This document shows, in pieces, positions 59,265 through 64,000 of a stretch of 64,000 nt of DNA (within the stretch, counting starts at the first letter, position 1; every line of letters begins with the position of its first letter). The notes under the pieces were generated by a model. It saw only the letters and a program-made list of their open reading frames with translations, ran no database searches and was not told where the DNA came from. Both the position numbers and the translations under genes were made by a program. This stretch comes from Thermoanaerobaculia bacterium (GTDB taxonomy: Bacteria; Acidobacteriota; Thermoanaerobaculia; Multivoradales; Multivoraceae), in NCBI GenBank assembly GCA_963664405.1, contig OY761158.1, positions 4,640,001-4,704,000 on the forward strand, given 5' to 3'.

Positions 59265-60364
59265 TCATGAGTGTCATTCGTTCTTGCGATCGACTGCCTT
59301 CTGCTTCGGCCCTGCTGATTCTGTTGATGGTCTCAGCCGCCTCGTTGGAAGCTGCCGACCTCTCTCCTTTGGCCGCGGCGATGGATAGGAACGGCGACAG
59401 CCAAGTCACCAAGGAGGAACTGTCGCCGTCAGCCGGGCGGACCTTGCTCGCGGCTCTCGACGCGAACGGGGACGGCGTTCTCGATACCGACGAGCTCCTC
59501 ACCATCGGCCGCGGCGGTGCCGGGCTCGGACGGCGCTCCCGCAGAGGTCCCGCCAACTGGGACTATGCGGAGACCAGCGAAGACGGCATCCGTATCTTCA
59601 AGAACATCGAATACGCAACGGGTCCGGAGTATGCCGGGGGTCGAGGCAAGCTCGACGTGTATGTGCCCAAGGGCGAGGGCCCCTTCCCGGTCATCGTGTT
59701 CTTTCATGGCGGGGGGCTTACGAACGGTGACAAGGCGAGTCTGGTCGGGCTCGGCCCTCGCTTCGCCAGGCTCGGCTTCTTGACGGTGACGCCGAACTAT
59801 CGACTGTCACCCGACTTCTACTATCCGGCCTACGTCGAGGATGGAGCGCGAGCTTTCAAGTGGAGCTGGGAGCATGCCGACGATTACAGCGGCGATCGAG
59901 AGTCTCTGGTGGTTTCCGGAGGCTCCGCCGGTGGACACGTAGCGGCTCTGCTGAGTGTCGACGAGAGATTTCTTGCCGCCCAGGGCCTGAGCCTCGCCAA
60001 TATCAAAGTGTCGTTCCCGATCACCGCCATGATGGACGCGACCCGGGCGGGTAGGGAACGCGTGTTGGCTACCTGGGCCGGCGATCTCGAGCTGGCGAAG
60101 CGAGCCTCCCCGATCCGCTACGTTAGCGAGCAGCTGCCGCCGATGCTGATCACGGTTGCCGATGGCGATACCGAAGATCGGAGAAATCAGAACCAGGAGA
60201 TGTTCGAGGCCATGAAGAGTGCTGGGCACCGGGCCGTCGAGTTCGCCTGGCTCGTCGACCGAACGCACAACTCGATCCTCCCCAATATGCTCGAGGAAGG
60301 CGATCCGACGGTCGAACTGCTGCTCGCTTTTATGAGCAAACACGGAGTCCGAGGGCGCGAGTGA
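59261..60364 (+). CDS. Secreted alpha/beta hydrolase with N-terminal EF-hand pair
   Basis: DRNGDSQVTKEE, DANGDGVLDTDE; FFHGGG, NYRLSP, GGSAGG. Confidence 0.88.
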   Translation: MIMSVIRSCDRLPSASALLILLMVSAASLEAADLSPLAAAMDRNGDSQVTKEELSPSAGRTLLAALDANGDGVLDTDELLTIGRGGAGLGRRSRRGPANWDYAETSEDGIRIFKNIEYATGPEYAGGRGKLDVYVPKGEGPFPVIVFFHGGGLTNGDKASLVGLGPRFARLGFLTVTPNYRLSPDFYYPAYVEDGARAFKWSWEHADDYSGDRESLVVSGGSAGGHVAALLSVDERFLAAQGLSLANIKVSFPITAMMDATRAGRERVLATWAGDLELAKRASPIRYVSEQLPPMLITVADGDTEDRRNQNQEMFEAMKSAGHRAVEFAWLVDRTHNSILPNMLEEGDPTVELLLAFMSKHGVRGRE

Positions 60365-60470
60365 TTCGTACCCGGTCTCGATACACGAGCGCTGGCGGTG
60401 GCAGAAGAGACATGCAGTGATGTAAAATAGAGCATGTCCGGGGTAGCAGCTGGTCAGGAGGGACGCTGCT

Positions 60471-61319
60471 ATGAATTATCGAAGGCGCTGGATCATTGCT
60501 TCGCACATGTCGCTGGGCATTGCCTCGGCGTGCCTAATCCTCGCTTGTTCGGGCGAGCCTCGGCTCAACGGAGAGTCTCGCTACTGGCTCCATATGAGCT
60601 CGGCGGATTTGAAGAAAGAGCTGAGCCTGTCTCCAGCTCAGGCGAATGCGATGGAAGCGGCTATCGATGTGCTGGTGGGCGAAGATACGCGCCGGCTTCT
60701 CGACGACGGCGAGGCGGCCGAGGGTGCGGAAGGGAACGCTCGTGAGCAAGAAGCGTTGGCGCCCATCGATGGTCTGAGCTTCGGTGAGCTTCTCGACGAG
60801 GCTGCCGGCATAAAACAGGCTGAGCTTTATCATCTCCGCCAGGAGCTGTCGAAAGAAGAGATCAAGATAGCTGAGCATCGCCAGGCTCTGGAAGGAATCG
60901 AAGTGGTACGAGCCCGATACCAGATGGGTGCCGGCCGACGGAGCTGGATTGATGTCACGGTCCGCAATCGAACGGAAGAGCATCTAGACGAGATCCTGCT
61001 CGATTGTAGGCTCGTCGAAGCCGGCCGCCCCGAGCCGTGGCAGAAGGGCACTTGCCCGATCGTGATCCCTGGCGGCTTGGCGCCGGGGCTAACCACCACA
61101 GCCCGAAGCATAGTGGGTTGGGATACCGGGCCTCGGCGCCAGCGGCTTGTCGAGATATGGCCGATTCGCGCCCACGGCAAGGGGCGAGCGCTGTTGTGGG
61201 ACGTTCCTTCTGAGCTCAACCCCCTCGAGGCGGGTCGAATTGCGAAGCTCGAGACCGAGGCCGAGGTTGTTGCCAGAGTCTTGAGCGCGCTCCAGTCGGC
61301 CATGCCCGCAGAGGCGTAA
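60471..61319 (+). CDS. Hypothetical lipoprotein
   Basis: GGAGG RBS, lipobox ILAC, coiled-coil-like middle, beta-rich C-terminus. Confidence 0.65.
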   Translation: MNYRRRWIIASHMSLGIASACLILACSGEPRLNGESRYWLHMSSADLKKELSLSPAQANAMEAAIDVLVGEDTRRLLDDGEAAEGAEGNAREQEALAPIDGLSFGELLDEAAGIKQAELYHLRQELSKEEIKIAEHRQALEGIEVVRARYQMGAGRRSWIDVTVRNRTEEHLDEILLDCRLVEAGRPEPWQKGTCPIVIPGGLAPGLTTTARSIVGWDTGPRRQRLVEIWPIRAHGKGRALLWDVPSELNPLEAGRIAKLETEAEVVARVLSALQSAMPAEA

Positions 61320-61335
61320 GCCGATCTGCGGCGGT

Positions 61336-62352
61336 CTAGTCGGCCTTGTCCCATTTGGCGATGAGCTCGTCCTCTCGCGCCAGGTCTACATCGTGACCCA
61401 GCCGACCTGGCTCGAAGCGCGTCCCCTCAACGCCCCGATGCTCCTTCCACCAGCTGTAGGTCTGGGCCATGCCCGATCTGATGTCGTAGCGTGGCTCGAA
61501 CCCGACCAGGCTGCGAAGCTTCTGAATGCTGTTGACCACACTGCGCTCGGAGTCGAAAGGAACGATGCCGTCCATGGTTTCGCGACCTTCCCCATAGGGA
61601 ACGTAGACCTTGACGGCGGGCACCCCGACCGCGTCCGCCGCGGCGTCGAGCAGCCTGTTGACACTGACCGCCTCGGCACCGGTGGCGTTGAGCACTTCAC
61701 CGACGGCGGCTTCGCACTCGGCGGCCGCCAGACAGGCGGCGGCGAAGTCATCGACATGGCCGAGGTGGACGAGGGACTGTCCCTTTCCGCCGACCAGGAT
61801 CTTTCGTCCCAGCACCAGGCGGGCGAAATAGCTACCCTCCCTGTCGTCCATCCAGTTCTCGGGGCCGTACATAGCGGCCGCTCGCAGGATGGTCACTGGC
61901 AGGCCCTGGGTCCGGAAAGCGCCGAGCAAGTAGTTTTCACACCGCACTTTGTCGGGGCCATAGGCTGCCAATCCGCCGGTCTCCTCACCGACTTCGACCA
62001 GCGGAGAGCTCTCGCGGACGGGGAAGCTTTCAGGCATCGTGTAGACCGCGAAAGAGCTGACGAAAACATAGCGCCGAATGTGTTCGCCGAGCATCTCGAC
62101 GACAGGCTCGAGGTTGGTCGCCTGGTAGCCGGTGACGTCGTAAACGACGTCGAAGTCGTGCTCGCGGCCGGCCAGCGCTCGGCGAACCGCGTCGCCGTCG
62201 CGGCGATCGGCGTAGAGCCTTTCAATGCCTTCTGGAAGTTCGGCCTCCCGCTTGCCCCGGTTGAGAATCGTGATCTGGTGCCCTTCTTCGTGCAGGGCGC
62301 GCAGCAGGCGCAGCCCCACGAATCGAGTGCCGCCGAGGAGGAGGACCCTCAT
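61336..62352 (-). CDS. NAD-dependent epimerase/dehydratase (extended SDR)
   Basis: MRVLLLGGTRFVG, YVFVSSFAVY, YGPDK, HVDD. Confidence 0.9.
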   Translation of the reverse strand: MRVLLLGGTRFVGLRLLRALHEEGHQITILNRGKREAELPEGIERLYADRRDGDAVRRALAGREHDFDVVYDVTGYQATNLEPVVEMLGEHIRRYVFVSSFAVYTMPESFPVRESSPLVEVGEETGGLAAYGPDKVRCENYLLGAFRTQGLPVTILRAAAMYGPENWMDDREGSYFARLVLGRKILVGGKGQSLVHLGHVDDFAAACLAAAECEAAVGEVLNATGAEAVSVNRLLDAAADAVGVPAVKVYVPYGEGRETMDGIVPFDSERSVVNSIQKLRSLVGFEPRYDIRSGMAQTYSWWKEHRGVEGTRFEPGRLGHDVDLAREDELIAKWDKAD

Positions 62353-62882
62353 GCCGAGCCTCCTTCCTGGGGGTAGCGCCAGGGGGGCGCCTGGGCTGGG
62401 GCATCGACGTCTACGGTCCACTGCGGGATCGCAAGGCCGTTGGCGACCGGCACCAAGACCATCTTGACGCGGGTGCCGATGCCGACGCTCTTCACCACCT
62501 CCGGGGGGGCGAGCTCGCCTGAGGGAGTTACCAGGTTGCCGCACAGGCGCAGGGCCTCGTGCTCGGTGGGCAGGCCCCTCTGGGTGTCGAGCTCGACGAG
62601 GAGGATCAGGTAGGGCAGGTGGTCGCGAAAGGCGGGCTGAATGGCGTGGTGGACCTCGCTGTAGGAGTAGACGACCCCGCGGCCCTCGACCGGGATCCAG
62701 CTCGATTCCGCTGCGGAGCACCAGGGACACGCGGTGGTAGGTGGGTAGCGGACGAGGTCGCACGAAGAGCAATGCTGCAAGTGGTACTCCCCTTCGCTGC
62801 AGTGCTTGAAGTAAGCCTGGTTCTGACCATCGAGATCATCGATCACCAGATGCATGCCGAGATAGTCACCCTCTACCGTCAT
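62349..62882 (-). CDS. DUF35 Zn-ribbon/OB-fold protein
   Basis: QHCSSC..YPP..CPWC, GRGVVYSYS, PY..LVEL. Confidence 0.9.
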   Translation of the reverse strand: MTVEGDYLGMHLVIDDLDGQNQAYFKHCSEGEYHLQHCSSCDLVRYPPTTACPWCSAAESSWIPVEGRGVVYSYSEVHHAIQPAFRDHLPYLILLVELDTQRGLPTEHEALRLCGNLVTPSGELAPPEVVKSVGIGTRVKMVLVPVANGLAIPQWTVDVDAPAQAPPWRYPQEGGSA

Positions 62883-62883
62883 T

Positions 62884-64000
62884 TCATGGGTCTCCCGCTC
62901 GTAGAACGAGGGCGGAGCCGTAGGCCGGCGTTCCCCACCCCAGGTTCGCAGTTATAGATACCTCTTTGACCTGGCGGCAACCGCCTTCGCTGTAATCGTA
63001 GCTGTGCCGTCGCTTTCCGTCGACTCCCAGCGGGCACGAGTCGTCCACGTCACCTCGCAACTGGCGTACGTTCTCTACAACCATGTTGACTCCGTGAGTG
63101 TAGACCTCGCAGAGGTGGCCGCCGCTGGTATTGTTCGGCCGCTTGCCGCCCAGGCGCATTGTGCCGTCGCTGACATAGACGCCCCCTTCGCCTTTCTTGC
63201 AGAAGCCGAAATCTTCGAGCTGCAGCATCGAAGTGAAGGTGAAGGCGTCGTAGGAGCCGGTGGCATCGATGTCCTCGGGCCCGACCCCGGCATTCGACCA
63301 CAGCCGCTTTCTCGCGTATTTGGCGGCCACGGTGGTGATCGGGCCGAACTGGTAGTGATTGTCCCCTCGCGGCTTGCAGCATCGGCCGACGACAGCCTGG
63401 ATGAGCGCCGGCCGGTGTCGGCAGTTGCGGGCGCGGTCGGCGGAAGTGACGATGATGGCGGTCGCGTTGTCGGTCTCGACGCAGCAGTCGAGGAGGTGGA
63501 GGGGCTTGGCGATGATGCGGCTCGAAAGCACATCGTCGACGGTAACGCGCTTGCGGTACACCGCCTTGGGATTCGAGGAGGCATGCTCGCTGTGGATCAC
63601 CTTGACCATGGCGATCTGCTCCGGTGTGGTGCCGAACTCATACATATGACGCATGAAAGTGTGGCTGAAACGCTGTGCCGGGCTCTGTAGTCCGTAGACT
63701 CGGTCATGAAGCTGGTCACCGATGATGTCGGCAGCAGCCTGAGATCCGGTGCCGCCTACTCGCCTCTGCGAGTAACCGTTCATGGCGCGAAAGATCACTA
63801 TCGTCTCGCACATCCCGGCCTCGATCACCCCCATCGCCATGCCGACGAGGGCCTCGGTGCTCGAGCCGCCGCCGCTGACATCCATAAAGAAGTTGGGGCG
63901 GATCCCGAGGTCGCCCGCGACGACCGGCGACCCGGTCGAATCGTTCGAGGAGTACGACATCATGCCGTCGATGTGTGCCGCCTCGAGCCCCGCGTCCTTC
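62884..64000 (-). CDS. Thiolase-fold (SCP2/Ltp2-like) protein, 5' end outside window
   Basis: NPKA, PLHLLDCCVETD, YDAFT, NTSGGHL; frame open to the window edge. Confidence 0.9.
   Translation of the reverse strand, partial: KDAGLEAAHIDGMMSYSSNDSTGSPVVAGDLGIRPNFFMDVSGGGSSTEALVGMAMGVIEAGMCETIVIFRAMNGYSQRRVGGTGSQAAADIIGDQLHDRVYGLQSPAQRFSHTFMRHMYEFGTTPEQIAMVKVIHSEHASSNPKAVYRKRVTVDDVLSSRIIAKPLHLLDCCVETDNATAIIVTSADRARNCRHRPALIQAVVGRCCKPRGDNHYQFGPITTVAAKYARKRLWSNAGVGPEDIDATGSYDAFTFTSMLQLEDFGFCKKGEGGVYVSDGTMRLGGKRPNNTSGGHLCEVYTHGVNMVVENVRQLRGDVDDSCPLGVDGKRRHSYDYSEGGCRQVKEVSITANLGWGTPAYGSALVLRAGDP

Overview
GC-rich bacterial chromosomal segment. An ADOP-type permease, CRTAC1/FG-GAP proteins, DUF3604-like PHP proteins and many secreted PQQ propellers suggest Acidobacteriota (inference). 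It holds about 50 mostly accessory catabolic, secreted or redox genes, a type 2 IleRS and a MazF-type toxin-antitoxin pair. Mobile DNA includes a nested IS30/IS3/IS30 junction, an ISAzo13-family element, an IS1380-family element, a MITE and a two-hairpin REP-like repeat family. Several genes look decayed. The standout is a tightly coupled six-gene operon (51791-56824, minus). It encodes five paralogous QueG/reductive-dehalogenase-superfamily 2x[4Fe-4S] proteins and a small HTH-like protein. It is transcribed divergently from a NemR-like TetR, with two AGAC-N6-GTCT palindromes in between. All family calls come from motif recognition by eye; no searches were run, and several start codons are best guesses.
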